From: Vicinamibacterales bacterium
Lineage (GTDB): Bacteria > Acidobacteriota > Vicinamibacteria > Vicinamibacterales > CAVVIG01
Direction of reading: 5' to 3'
Length of the DNA: 64,000 nucleotides
Assembly: GCA_036268855.1 (NCBI GenBank)
Contig: DATATJ010000197.1
Location: forward strand, 2,315-66,314
Part shown: one piece after another, positions 36,543-45,319 of the stretch
Layout of the letters: every line of letters begins with the position of its first letter
Position numbering within the stretch: position 1 is the first letter of the stretch
Position numbers and translations under genes: made by a program
Notes under the pieces: generated by a model
Database searches by the model: none
Seen by the model: the letters and a program-made list of their open reading frames with translations, nothing else
Told to the model about the DNA's origin: nothing

Positions 36543-36553
36543 TCCGCGGCGAA

Positions 36554-38254
36554 TCACGAGCCACTCGACAGCTTCAAATCGAGCGGCTTGGTCTCCGCTT
36601 CGCCCAGCGAGAAGGTCCTCGCCCCGCTCCGCAGCGAGTTCAGGAAGTCGGGGTCGCCGATCTTCGCCGCGTCGATGTGCGCGAGTGCGACGGCGACGTA
36701 ATCGCCAGGCGGCAGGCCCGCGACCGTGAAGCGTCCGTCCTGATCCGGCCGCCCGATCTTGATGTATCGCGCGGCGTTGCTCCACAGGCTCTGATCCTGC
36801 GGAAAGATCAGCGCCGTGTAGTCGTGGGCCGCATCGCCGTGCGCGTCGGTGACGCGACCGACGATCGACGTCAACCGGCCCGTGAGCTCCACGTCCACAC
36901 CGCCGACGTCCTCACCCGGCTTGATGTCGATGCCGCTGTCGGTGACGTCCACGCCCCCGAGGCGCACCGCGCGCACATTCCACCCCGTCGGGAGGTTGAA
37001 CACCCTGACGCGCTTGACCCCCGGTCCCGATTTCAGCGCGAACGTGTTGTCGTCGAGAACCTTCCCCGGGCCCAGCCCCAAGAAAGACATCGTGGCGTCC
37101 GGACTCGTCGATTCCATCACCACCGACAGTGCATTGGTGGCGAGCGGCTGACCGGGATCGACGACGATTCGCCCGGTGACCGACACGGCCCTGGAGGCCA
37201 CGAGTCGAAGGTCTGCGATGTCCGCGCCGGCGACCGTGAGGTTCATGACGGCCGCCTCCTCGGTGAGCGGACGCGGTACGCCCTGCAAAATGTACTCGCC
37301 CGGCGTGAGATTGCGAGCCACGAATGAGCCGTCGGGACGAATCTGGACGCCGGCCGCCGAGTTCGTCCCCCCTGCTATCCTCTTGCCTACCATGAGGACG
37401 CCCACCATCGGCTGGCCGTGGCTGTCGACCACCGTGCCGCTGATGCTTGCGGTTGTCGTCGGCGACATCATGATGGTCACGTCGCTGACCGTCGTGCCGA
37501 TGCCCACGGCAATGCGCTGTGCCTCGGCCTCCTGCGTCGTCGCCGGAAAATACGTAGGTGCGTAGCCGACGCCATCGTCGGCGGCTCCGACCGCGCCCGG
37601 AAATTTTCGCCAGACGGCCTGGACGACGTAGTCGCCCGGCTGAAGTCCGAAGAGCCGGAACTCGCCGAGGTCGTCGGTCAAGACCATGCGACCGGAGGGC
37701 ATCAGCTGGCGCCGTCCGCCGATCGTTTGCGATCGCAGGGCCGCGACCTGCAGGTTCGACAAGGGCTCTCCGTATTCGTCCAGGGCGCGTCCGCGTACGA
37801 CGCTGCCGCGCGGCAGCGAAAAGTCGATCCGCTCCAGCGTCTGGTCGTCTTGCACCGTGAGCGTCGTGCCCCCCTCGAAGGGATGCGTTTGTCCGTACGA
37901 GAGTCCGATGTACGGGCTCTTCGACGCCGTCAGCGTGTAGCGGCCGGCGGGTAGTTCGCGGAATTCGTAGGCGCCATTCGCATCCGTCATCGTGACGTGA
38001 TTCGTGCTGCCGCCCACCGTGCCGCCGGAGACGCCGCCGCGGCCGTCCATCGGCATCAAAATCAACCGCGCCTGACGCAGCGGCTGACCCGTGTCGCCCG
38101 CCAGCACGTGTCCCCGAAGCACCGCGGTCGCGTGCGCGGGTTGCGTCGTCGTCGCCGGTGGCCCTGGCGGCGAGCCCGCCGATGAGCTCACTTGCGCGCG
38201 AGCGGCGGCCGCGACGAGCAGCAGCGCGGCGACAAGCGATGTGATCGTGCGCAT
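36554..38254 (-). CDS. secreted multi-domain carboxypeptidase-regulatory-like (CarboxypepD_reg) protein
   Basis: Internal ATG (CAT 38252-38254) gives MRTITSLVAALLLVAAAARAQ, a signal peptide. Repeated G.V.D..G.P......V........DG.F....L.PG.Y modules. Confidence 0.8.
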   Translation of the reverse strand: MRTITSLVAALLLVAAAARAQVSSSAGSPPGPPATTTQPAHATAVLRGHVLAGDTGQPLRQARLILMPMDGRGGVSGGTVGGSTNHVTMTDANGAYEFRELPAGRYTLTASKSPYIGLSYGQTHPFEGGTTLTVQDDQTLERIDFSLPRGSVVRGRALDEYGEPLSNLQVAALRSQTIGGRRQLMPSGRMVLTDDLGEFRLFGLQPGDYVVQAVWRKFPGAVGAADDGVGYAPTYFPATTQEAEAQRIAVGIGTTVSDVTIMMSPTTTASISGTVVDSHGQPMVGVLMVGKRIAGGTNSAAGVQIRPDGSFVARNLTPGEYILQGVPRPLTEEAAVMNLTVAGADIADLRLVASRAVSVTGRIVVDPGQPLATNALSVVMESTSPDATMSFLGLGPGKVLDDNTFALKSGPGVKRVRVFNLPTGWNVRAVRLGGVDVTDSGIDIKPGEDVGGVDVELTGRLTSIVGRVTDAHGDAAHDYTALIFPQDQSLWSNAARYIKIGRPDQDGRFTVAGLPPGDYVAVALAHIDAAKIGDPDFLNSLRSGARTFSLGEAETKPLDLKLSSGS

Positions 38255-38267
38255 CTTCACCTCGACG

Positions 38268-39932
38268 TCAGCGTGCGGCCACAGCGGCGAGTTCGAGCGC
38301 GATCGCCTTCTTCTCGTCGAGCCGGATAGACACCGCGGTTGCGCGATCGCGAATCCGCGCGAGGTACGCGGGGTCCGTCCACTCGCCGGGCTCGACATCC
38401 GCGGTGGCAAAGACGAAATAGTCACCCGCCGGCACGAGCACGCGGAATGTTTCATCCGCGGCGGGGCGACCGACGGCAACGTGCCGCGTCTGCGCCGTCC
38501 ATCGCGTGGCGTCCTGTGCGAAGACGATCACGTAGCAATCGCGGACCGGCTGACCGTTGGCGTCCACGACCTGGCCGGACAGCTCGCTCACGTGGTGCGT
38601 CATCTCGACCACGATGTTCGAGATCGTCGCATTGGGCGGCACGTCGATCCCGGTGTCGGTGATGTCCACGCCGGCGGCGAGGACACGGTTCAGCCGCCAC
38701 TTCGGGCCCGGATTGGGCGTGCGAATCAGAAAATGCCCCGCGGCCAGTTTGATCTCGAACGTGAGGTCCTCATGCACCTTGACGTTGACGTTACTGATCG
38801 ACGGGGCGTTGTTGCTCGCATTCAAATGCACGTCCGACGCCTTGAGGGGCGTCGCGCCCGGCTCAAAGACGATCCGGCCGCGGAGCACCGATGGAGGCGC
38901 CGTCACCAGCTGCAGGCCGGATACCTCCATGCCATTCACCGACACCGGCGCGTTGGCCGACTCGCCATCGGCGCGGCCGGAAACCCGCAGTATGAAATCG
39001 CCTGGCGTCACGCCGTTGATCGTGAACGTGCCATCAGGCCCCAGCGGCGCGCCGCTTCCGCCGACTGACATCCCGCCAACCTGTCGAAGGAGATTCACGA
39101 AGCCCGTCGTCACCGCACGCCCTTTGGAGTCGATCACCGAACCGCTGAGGCGTGTCGGCTGGACGGCGACAAGCGGCAGCGTGACGCCGCTGACCACCTG
39201 CCCGGCACCGACCGTGAGACGCTGCGCTTCGGCGACGTTCGCCGTTCCCGGATAGAACGTCGGCGAATAGGCGACCGAGATGCCGCTCGCGTTGAATACG
39301 AAATCGGGAAGCGTGCCGGCGACGAAGTAATCGCCGGGCGGCAGCCCGAACGCCCGAAACTCGCCGATGTCATTCGTGACGGCGTAACCCTGCGCGCGAA
39401 CGAGCCGGCGATCGCCGTTCGCGAACTGATACCGCATTGTCGTCACTTGCGCGTCCGGAACGGGATCGCCGAATTCATCGACGACTGTGCCTGCGATGAC
39501 GCCGGCATGCGACAGGGCGAAGTCCACCTTGTCGGCCGTCTGGCCGTCGGACAGGTCGAACCCTTTGCCGGGTCCCATGGCACGCATCGCGCCGAACGAC
39601 GTGGTGAGGTAGTTGGTCTTGCTGGCCGCCACGACGTACCGGCCGGCCGGGAGGCCGCTCACTTCGTAACGCCCGTTTGCATCGGTCTTGACGGCGCGCG
39701 GCTGGGGAAGGACGGAGGAGCCGACCCGAATATCAACGCGCGCGATTGGACGTCCAGTGCCCGCTTCGTGCACCCGACCGCGGATCATGCCGGTGCCGGC
39801 GGTCGGATGCGCGGAGGTGTCCCGCGCAGGCGCCTGCGTCTGCGCCGTTCCGCCCTCGGCGAGAGGAACGGAAGGCGCCGCAGCGGACGCCACGAAAGCC
39901 ACGAGGAAGATGAGCACTCGCGACACGGGCAT
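38268..39932 (-). CDS. secreted multi-domain CarboxypepD_reg protein, collinear paralog of 36554..38254
   Basis: MPVSRVLIFLVAFVASAAA is a signal peptide. MIRGRVHEAGTGRPIARVDI..TDANGRYEVSGLPAGRYVV and further modules. Lies 13 bp upstream of its paralog. Confidence 0.8.
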   Translation of the reverse strand: MPVSRVLIFLVAFVASAAAPSVPLAEGGTAQTQAPARDTSAHPTAGTGMIRGRVHEAGTGRPIARVDIRVGSSVLPQPRAVKTDANGRYEVSGLPAGRYVVAASKTNYLTTSFGAMRAMGPGKGFDLSDGQTADKVDFALSHAGVIAGTVVDEFGDPVPDAQVTTMRYQFANGDRRLVRAQGYAVTNDIGEFRAFGLPPGDYFVAGTLPDFVFNASGISVAYSPTFYPGTANVAEAQRLTVGAGQVVSGVTLPLVAVQPTRLSGSVIDSKGRAVTTGFVNLLRQVGGMSVGGSGAPLGPDGTFTINGVTPGDFILRVSGRADGESANAPVSVNGMEVSGLQLVTAPPSVLRGRIVFEPGATPLKASDVHLNASNNAPSISNVNVKVHEDLTFEIKLAAGHFLIRTPNPGPKWRLNRVLAAGVDITDTGIDVPPNATISNIVVEMTHHVSELSGQVVDANGQPVRDCYVIVFAQDATRWTAQTRHVAVGRPAADETFRVLVPAGDYFVFATADVEPGEWTDPAYLARIRDRATAVSIRLDEKKAIALELAAVAAR

Positions 39933-39944
39933 TTCTTGAACGTG

Positions 39945-42900
39945 CTATTTCGCGTCCAGTTTTCTTCCGGCGTTCAGCTGATCGAAGTTCAGAATCGCGT
40001 TGAACACGAGGAAGTAGCTTCCTTGCGTCTCACCGCGCCAGATCGGATTGTTCGAGAACACGACGATGTGTCCCTTCTCGAGCGGCACATCCACGACGGC
40101 CGCGTGCTGCGCGATCTCGTTGCCTCCTTCGACGAGCCCCGAGACGAGCAGATCTTTGTTGTCAGCGTAACGCAGAATCACGCGCGGCCGCGCGGCTGGC
40201 GGGATCACGTTGATCGCGTTCCGCAACTGCTCGTCGGTGACCGGCACGGCCTGCCACAGCTCCACTTTCGGTTCGGCGGGAATGTCCTCGACGGTGCGCC
40301 CCTGCGGTTCGTCCGGATCGTCCACAGTCCCCCGCCCGGTCGGCCGTTCGCCCATCTCGCCGCCGAGGCGCCGCCCACCGCCGCCCGCGTACGAGTTGCT
40401 GACGTTGAAAATCGGACCGCTGCCCTGCCAGAGCCCGAGATTGTCGGTGTAGCCGTATGCGATCGGGCTCGTGCTGTCGACCATCTTCGATCGCACGACG
40501 CTGCCGACGATGCGGAGGCGGTTCGCGCGCGCGATCGACAGGCCCGGGGTGAAGCCGCTCGAGACGGCGAGGTCGGCGGTGTCCATCGCCGTCACCAGCA
40601 GGCCGCCCTTGCGAACGAACTCCTGCAGGTGCGCGACGCCGGTCCAGCCCAGGCCTGGACGCATGTCGTCCGTTTGATCCTCGGCGCCGAGGTTTGGCGT
40701 GTCCGCCGTCCTCTTCCATGGCAGCGCGTTGCCGTTCATCGGCATGCCGCTGACGATGCCTTGCGGATTGCGGCCGACGGGCGGAAAGACGATCACGTCG
40801 AACCTGGCGCTCAAGTCGGAGTCTTTGGCTACCTGCTGCGTGTTCAGGTACGTGTACGGCACCTGTGCGTCCTCGAACGCATGACGCCACCAGCCTTCGT
40901 CCTGCGTGCTGAGCCATGTGTGCAGGAGCGCGACGCGCGCGGCGCGTACCGGATGCGTCTTCACGGATGGCGCCGAGGCCACCGCGACGATCGGGAGGCC
41001 GAGGTCGCTCGTGGCGCTCTGCATGTCGGCGGCCGAGACGTTCGCGATGACGAACGAGCCGCGGTTGAACTTCTTGCCGCCGATCTCGAACGGCTCTTCC
41101 GCGGCGTCGATCGACGCGCCCTTGAGCCGGTAGCGCAGCGTGGCCAGTGCCGTGTCGGCGTTGTGGTTCGCCACGAATATCGAGCCGGTGCCGGTGACGC
41201 CGCCCCTGGCGCGCACCTCGCCGCTGACGCGCTCCATGGGTGCGTCGAGCACCTTCAGATCGAGGACGCGCGTCGCCTGCACGTTGTACAGCTCGGGGAA
41301 CGTCCAACCGGTGTCGTCGTACGGCGTCTTCTGGGGATCGTTCGGACTCCAGTACTGATAGTCGAGCAGCGAATCGGCGATGCGGCTGTACGGCTGATCC
41401 ATGCGGACGATGTACGAGCCGGCGGGGAACGTTTTGGTCGTCGGCGCATCTTTCGCGTCCTTCCGGTCGGCCGACGGCTTCGCGGCGCTTTGATCGGCCG
41501 CGGGCCCAGACGGTTTGTCTCGTCCCTCGTGTCCCTCCTGCGCCTCCGTCGTCGTCGTCGGACGCGTCGGCGCTTTCTTGTGCGGCAGCATCACGGTGAA
41601 CGGAGCAGTCGCGCGTGAGATCTCGACGCCTTGTTTCTGCAGCGTGCGCAGCAGCTCGGCCTGCGCCCCGGCCCGCGGATCGTCCCCTGACAGGACGTAC
41701 GCCGCCGGCCCTTCCGTCTTCGGCTTCTGGATCGAGCGCTTGCTCTTCAGGTAGAAGTTTCGGAGGAAGAGCTTGTTGTTGGCGGCGAAGTAATGCAGGG
41801 ACGTGAGCAGGCCGGTCTCTTCGTAGTTGTTGTTGTCGCGCTGCGACCACTGCGTCTTCGCCAGCGGCGGGTTCTGCTTGTACCAGGTCCGCGCGTATTC
41901 GTCGGGCCGCAGTGTCCGCTCCACGGTATCGGCGCCGCCGTTGCCGAACGTTTCGTACAGCCGGCTGATGCCGTTGTGCAGCGCCGCGATGAACATCAGA
42001 TAGCCGGGCGACCAGGTGTCGAAGTTGCCGTGCGCGAACACGCCGGGCATGCCGAACTTCGTCATCTCCGAGACGTTGTTCCAGCCGATCATCTGCCACT
42101 CGTCGGCGAGAATCGGGTCGATCCACGCGTTGTACGGACCGTCGCCGATCGTGTTGTCATAGAGATACGGCACCGACTCGTGCAGATCGTGCAGCACCTG
42201 CGGGTGCCACTGAAGGTAGGTGTTCATCACGTTCTCGGTGAGCTTGAGCGTGACGCCCATCGCATCGCGGTTGTTGTCGTGCGCGACGTACTTGCCCCAG
42301 TACACGAGCGGCTGGACGTTCTGGCCCGGGTGCGCGAGGTGCCACTTGTAGACGTCCACCATCTTGTCGCGGCCGTCCACTTCGACCACCGGCGTGATCA
42401 GGGTGATGAGGTTGTTCCGCACCGACTTGATGTAGTCGTGATCATCCACGATTAGCCGGTAGGCGAGCTCCATCAACGCCGTGGGCGCGCCGGTTTCGGG
42501 CGAATGAATCGTCCCGGTGATGTAATAGATCGGCGTCGTCGCCGCGACGAGCGCCTCCGCCTGTGCATCGTTCATGTCGATCGTGCGCGGATCGGCGAGC
42601 TTCGCCAGGCGCGCCTTGTTCTCGTCGAGCTTCGCCATGTTGGCGTCCGACGAGATCGCCACCGCGATCATCTCGCGGCCCTCTTCCGTCTTGCCGATCG
42701 AGTAGACCTTCACCCGCTGCGGCGCCGCCTTCTCCAGCATCCGCATGTACCGGTAGACCTCTTCGGCATACGGCAGCTTTCCGGGCGCTCCGGCCACATC
42801 GCCGAGCACCGCCTTTGGCGTCGGCACGGTCTTCGAGGCCGGCAGGTAGTCCACCAGCGGCGACGTGAAGTACGGCTCGGTGGTGTATTCCTTGATCTTG

Positions 42901-43079
42901 TTCGTGTACTCCTGATCGAGCGGGATTTTCGGATCGCGGACGAACGTCTGGAGCGGCATCGGCTGCGGTTTCGCCTGCTGGGCCGTGAGCGGAGCTTCGA
43001 AAAACAGCGCGGCGAGCGCGCCAGCGAGCGCAGCGGCTGCGCCCCGCGCGGCGATGCGCGCGAAGAGAGAATTCATCAT
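39945..43079 (-). CDS. large secreted M14 family zinc carboxypeptidase-like protein with long C-terminal extension
   Basis: MMNSLFARIAARGAAAALAGALAALF is a signal peptide. GTIHSPETG (HxxE zinc motif), AHDNNRD and HDLHES. Low-complexity insert KKAPTRPTTTTEAQEGHEGRDKPSGPAADQSAAKPSADRKDAKDAPTTK. About 450 C-terminal residues are unassigned. Confidence 0.8.
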   Translation of the reverse strand: MMNSLFARIAARGAAAALAGALAALFFEAPLTAQQAKPQPMPLQTFVRDPKIPLDQEYTNKIKEYTTEPYFTSPLVDYLPASKTVPTPKAVLGDVAGAPGKLPYAEEVYRYMRMLEKAAPQRVKVYSIGKTEEGREMIAVAISSDANMAKLDENKARLAKLADPRTIDMNDAQAEALVAATTPIYYITGTIHSPETGAPTALMELAYRLIVDDHDYIKSVRNNLITLITPVVEVDGRDKMVDVYKWHLAHPGQNVQPLVYWGKYVAHDNNRDAMGVTLKLTENVMNTYLQWHPQVLHDLHESVPYLYDNTIGDGPYNAWIDPILADEWQMIGWNNVSEMTKFGMPGVFAHGNFDTWSPGYLMFIAALHNGISRLYETFGNGGADTVERTLRPDEYARTWYKQNPPLAKTQWSQRDNNNYEETGLLTSLHYFAANNKLFLRNFYLKSKRSIQKPKTEGPAAYVLSGDDPRAGAQAELLRTLQKQGVEISRATAPFTVMLPHKKAPTRPTTTTEAQEGHEGRDKPSGPAADQSAAKPSADRKDAKDAPTTKTFPAGSYIVRMDQPYSRIADSLLDYQYWSPNDPQKTPYDDTGWTFPELYNVQATRVLDLKVLDAPMERVSGEVRARGGVTGTGSIFVANHNADTALATLRYRLKGASIDAAEEPFEIGGKKFNRGSFVIANVSAADMQSATSDLGLPIVAVASAPSVKTHPVRAARVALLHTWLSTQDEGWWRHAFEDAQVPYTYLNTQQVAKDSDLSARFDVIVFPPVGRNPQGIVSGMPMNGNALPWKRTADTPNLGAEDQTDDMRPGLGWTGVAHLQEFVRKGGLLVTAMDTADLAVSSGFTPGLSIARANRLRIVGSVVRSKMVDSTSPIAYGYTDNLGLWQGSGPIFNVSNSYAGGGGRRLGGEMGERPTGRGTVDDPDEPQGRTVEDIPAEPKVELWQAVPVTDEQLRNAINVIPPAARPRVILRYADNKDLLVSGLVEGGNEIAQHAAVVDVPLEKGHIVVFSNNPIWRGETQGSYFLVFNAILNFDQLNAGRKLDAK

Positions 43080-43110
43080 GGTGGGTGATCTTAATGCTAT
43101 CGTGATTTGC

Positions 43111-44553
43111 ATGCGCGAACTTTCATCCGGCCTCGTCGTTCTCGTGGTGCTACTGGCGGGCGGCGCCGTTCGCGCGCAGCCGGGCGACGCTGGAGCGCTG
43201 GCCGACATCGACGCGAAGCGCGCCCACTACGCGGACGTCGCCCATCAGATCTGGGGCTTCGCCGAAGTGGGCTACCAGGAGCAAAAGAGCAGCGCGCTCC
43301 TGCAGGCGGAATTGAAGGCGGCCGGATTCGACGTCAAGGCCGGCGTCGCCGACATCCCGACGGCGTTCGTCGCGACGTTTGGAGCGGGCAAGCCGGTCGT
43401 CGCGATCGTCGGCGAATTCGACGCACTGCCCGGGCTGTCGCAGCAGGCATCCGAGCCCTCGCGCAAGCCGATCGTGGCGGAAGGCCCTGGACACGGCTGC
43501 GGCCACAACCTGCTCGGCACGGGCGCGCTCGCAGCCGCCGTCGCCGTCAAGGACTGGCTCGCTTCGAGCCGGCACGCCGGAACCGTTCGCTACTACGGCA
43601 CGCCGGCGGAAGAAGGCGGATCCGGCAAGGTCTTCATGGTGCGCGCCGGGCTCTTCAAGGACGTGGACACGGTCGTCACCTGGCATCCGGGCGATCGCAA
43701 CGACGCCAGCCCTGCCAGCTCGCTCGCGAACATCAACGCGAAGTTCCGGTTTCACGGCATCGCCTCCCACGCGGCGGTGGCGCCGGAAAAAGGGCGTTCC
43801 GCGCTCGACGCCGTGGAGGCGATGGACTATATGGTGAACATGATGCGCGAGCACGTGCCGCAGGAGACGCGCATCCACTACATCATCACGCGCGGCGGTG
43901 CGGCGCCGAACATCGTCCCCGACTTCGCCGAGGCGTATTACTACGCGCGCGAGCCCGACATGCGCATTCTGGACGGCATCTGGGACCGCATCGTTGAAGC
44001 CGCCAAAGGCGCGGCGCTCGGAACCGGGACGACCATGGAGCTCGAGCTGGTGGGCGCGGTCTATAACGTGCTGCCGAACGTGTATCTCAGCGGGCTCATG
44101 CACAAGAACCTCGAGCGGGTCGGCGGATTCTCGTACACGCCGGAGGAGCAGGCGTTCGCCGAGCAGGTGCGCAAGACGCTGGCCGAAGAGCCGACGACGC
44201 CGCTCGGATCGGAGGCGCAGGTACAGCCGACGCGCCTCGGGGTCGTGGGCAGTGCGTCCACCGATCTCGCGGACGTGAGCTGGAACGTGCCGACCGTGTC
44301 GATGACCGCGGCGACGTTCGTCCCGGGCGTGCCGACGCACAGCTGGCAGGCGACGGCGTGCGCGGGCGGCACGATCGGCGTGAAGGGGATGATCGTTGCG
44401 GCGAAATCGATGGCGCTGACCGCGATCGATCTGTTCTCCGATCCGTCGCACATCGAGAAGGCGCGCGCCGAGTTCGAGCAGAAGCGCGGTCCGAACTTCG
44501 TCTACAAGACCCGGCTCGCCGATCGGAAGCCGGCGCTCGATTATCGTAAATGA
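43111..44553 (+). CDS. M20D-type amidohydrolase (AbgB / aminobenzoyl-glutamate hydrolase subunit B-like), secreted
   Basis: ATG 43111 gives MRELSSGLVVLVVLLAGGAVRAQ, a signal peptide. IWGFAEVGYQE..S and IVGEFDALPGLSQ....GHGCGHNLLG. Confidence 0.8.
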   Translation: MRELSSGLVVLVVLLAGGAVRAQPGDAGALADIDAKRAHYADVAHQIWGFAEVGYQEQKSSALLQAELKAAGFDVKAGVADIPTAFVATFGAGKPVVAIVGEFDALPGLSQQASEPSRKPIVAEGPGHGCGHNLLGTGALAAAVAVKDWLASSRHAGTVRYYGTPAEEGGSGKVFMVRAGLFKDVDTVVTWHPGDRNDASPASSLANINAKFRFHGIASHAAVAPEKGRSALDAVEAMDYMVNMMREHVPQETRIHYIITRGGAAPNIVPDFAEAYYYAREPDMRILDGIWDRIVEAAKGAALGTGTTMELELVGAVYNVLPNVYLSGLMHKNLERVGGFSYTPEEQAFAEQVRKTLAEEPTTPLGSEAQVQPTRLGVVGSASTDLADVSWNVPTVSMTAATFVPGVPTHSWQATACAGGTIGVKGMIVAAKSMALTAIDLFSDPSHIEKARAEFEQKRGPNFVYKTRLADRKPALDYRK

Positions 44554-44559
44554 ATGGCG

Positions 44560-44838
44560 GTGGTGGTCAACACCCGTCCACCACCGGAGACAGCCGCCAT
44601 TTCCGCGAACACGCGATTTTGTTCGCTCCAATCCACGAAATTGAGGGCGTTACGCGGTTGTGTGCGTTGCGCGGGGAATGTTCCCCAGAGCATCACCAGG
44701 TCGGCCGCAAGAGGAAGGGGAGAGGGCGCACGAGCGCGGCATCGGCGAGAGCGAAGATGGCGCTGTTGGCGCCGATGCCAGCGCCAGCACGACGACCGCG
44801 GCGAAGCCGGGCGTCTTTCGAAGCGCGCGGATCGAGAA
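44560..44838 (-). pseudogene. remnant of an ADOP/MacB-type (FtsX-like) ABC permease N-terminus with at least 2 frameshifts, truncated
   Basis: My reverse-strand translation spans three frames. Frame 1 reads IRALRKTPGFAAVVVLALA. Frame 2 reads GIGANSAIFALADAALVRPLPF. Frame 3 reads AADLVMLWGTFPAQRTQPRNALNFVDWSEQNRVFAEMAAV. Joined, these reproduce the conserved first ~100 aa of acidobacterial duplicated orphan permeases. The remaining ~700 aa are absent. Confidence 0.65.
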
Positions 44839-44842
44839 CCCT

Positions 44843-45169
44843 CTAGTGCAGCGTAATGCGCTCCGATTCGAATCCCCGCAGCACCCAGCCGTCGTCGAGC
44901 AGCATGCGCTCGATCATGGCGTGACGCTGGAACGCCGTAAGCGCATCGTCGAAGCGCTCGATCGCGGCGCCGGTCGGATTCCATTGTGCAGGGACGCGCA
45001 GTTCGTAGTCCGAGTCTTCGCCGGTGAGCCCCAGCTCGCAGGTGACCGTCTCGTCCTCGTCGTTCTCGAATGTCCAGCGCAGCACGCGGACGTGCTGGCA
45101 CTGATGCCGGCTGCGAACGACCGGCTCGTAGTAGTCGTCGGTTGGCATGAACGAGGTGACGTGACTCAT
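44843..45169 (-). CDS. hypothetical protein
   Basis: Start taken at MSHVTSFMP. (CAT ending 45169). Acidic 108-aa ORF with no recognised family. Coding status uncertain. Confidence 0.4.
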   Translation of the reverse strand: MSHVTSFMPTDDYYEPVVRSRHQCQHVRVLRWTFENDEDETVTCELGLTGEDSDYELRVPAQWNPTGAAIERFDDALTAFQRHAMIERMLLDDGWVLRGFESERITLH

Positions 45170-45319
45170 GGCCGCGGATACTGCAGGTTCGATGCCAACG
45201 GATGACAACACGAAGCCGGCAAGAAAACGCTCACGAAAGAGAAGGCCGACGACGCGGGGGACAACGTTCAAGAGTGATGATTTCTTTCGTGTACCGGGCT
45301 CCTGCGGTGGAGCGCGCCA

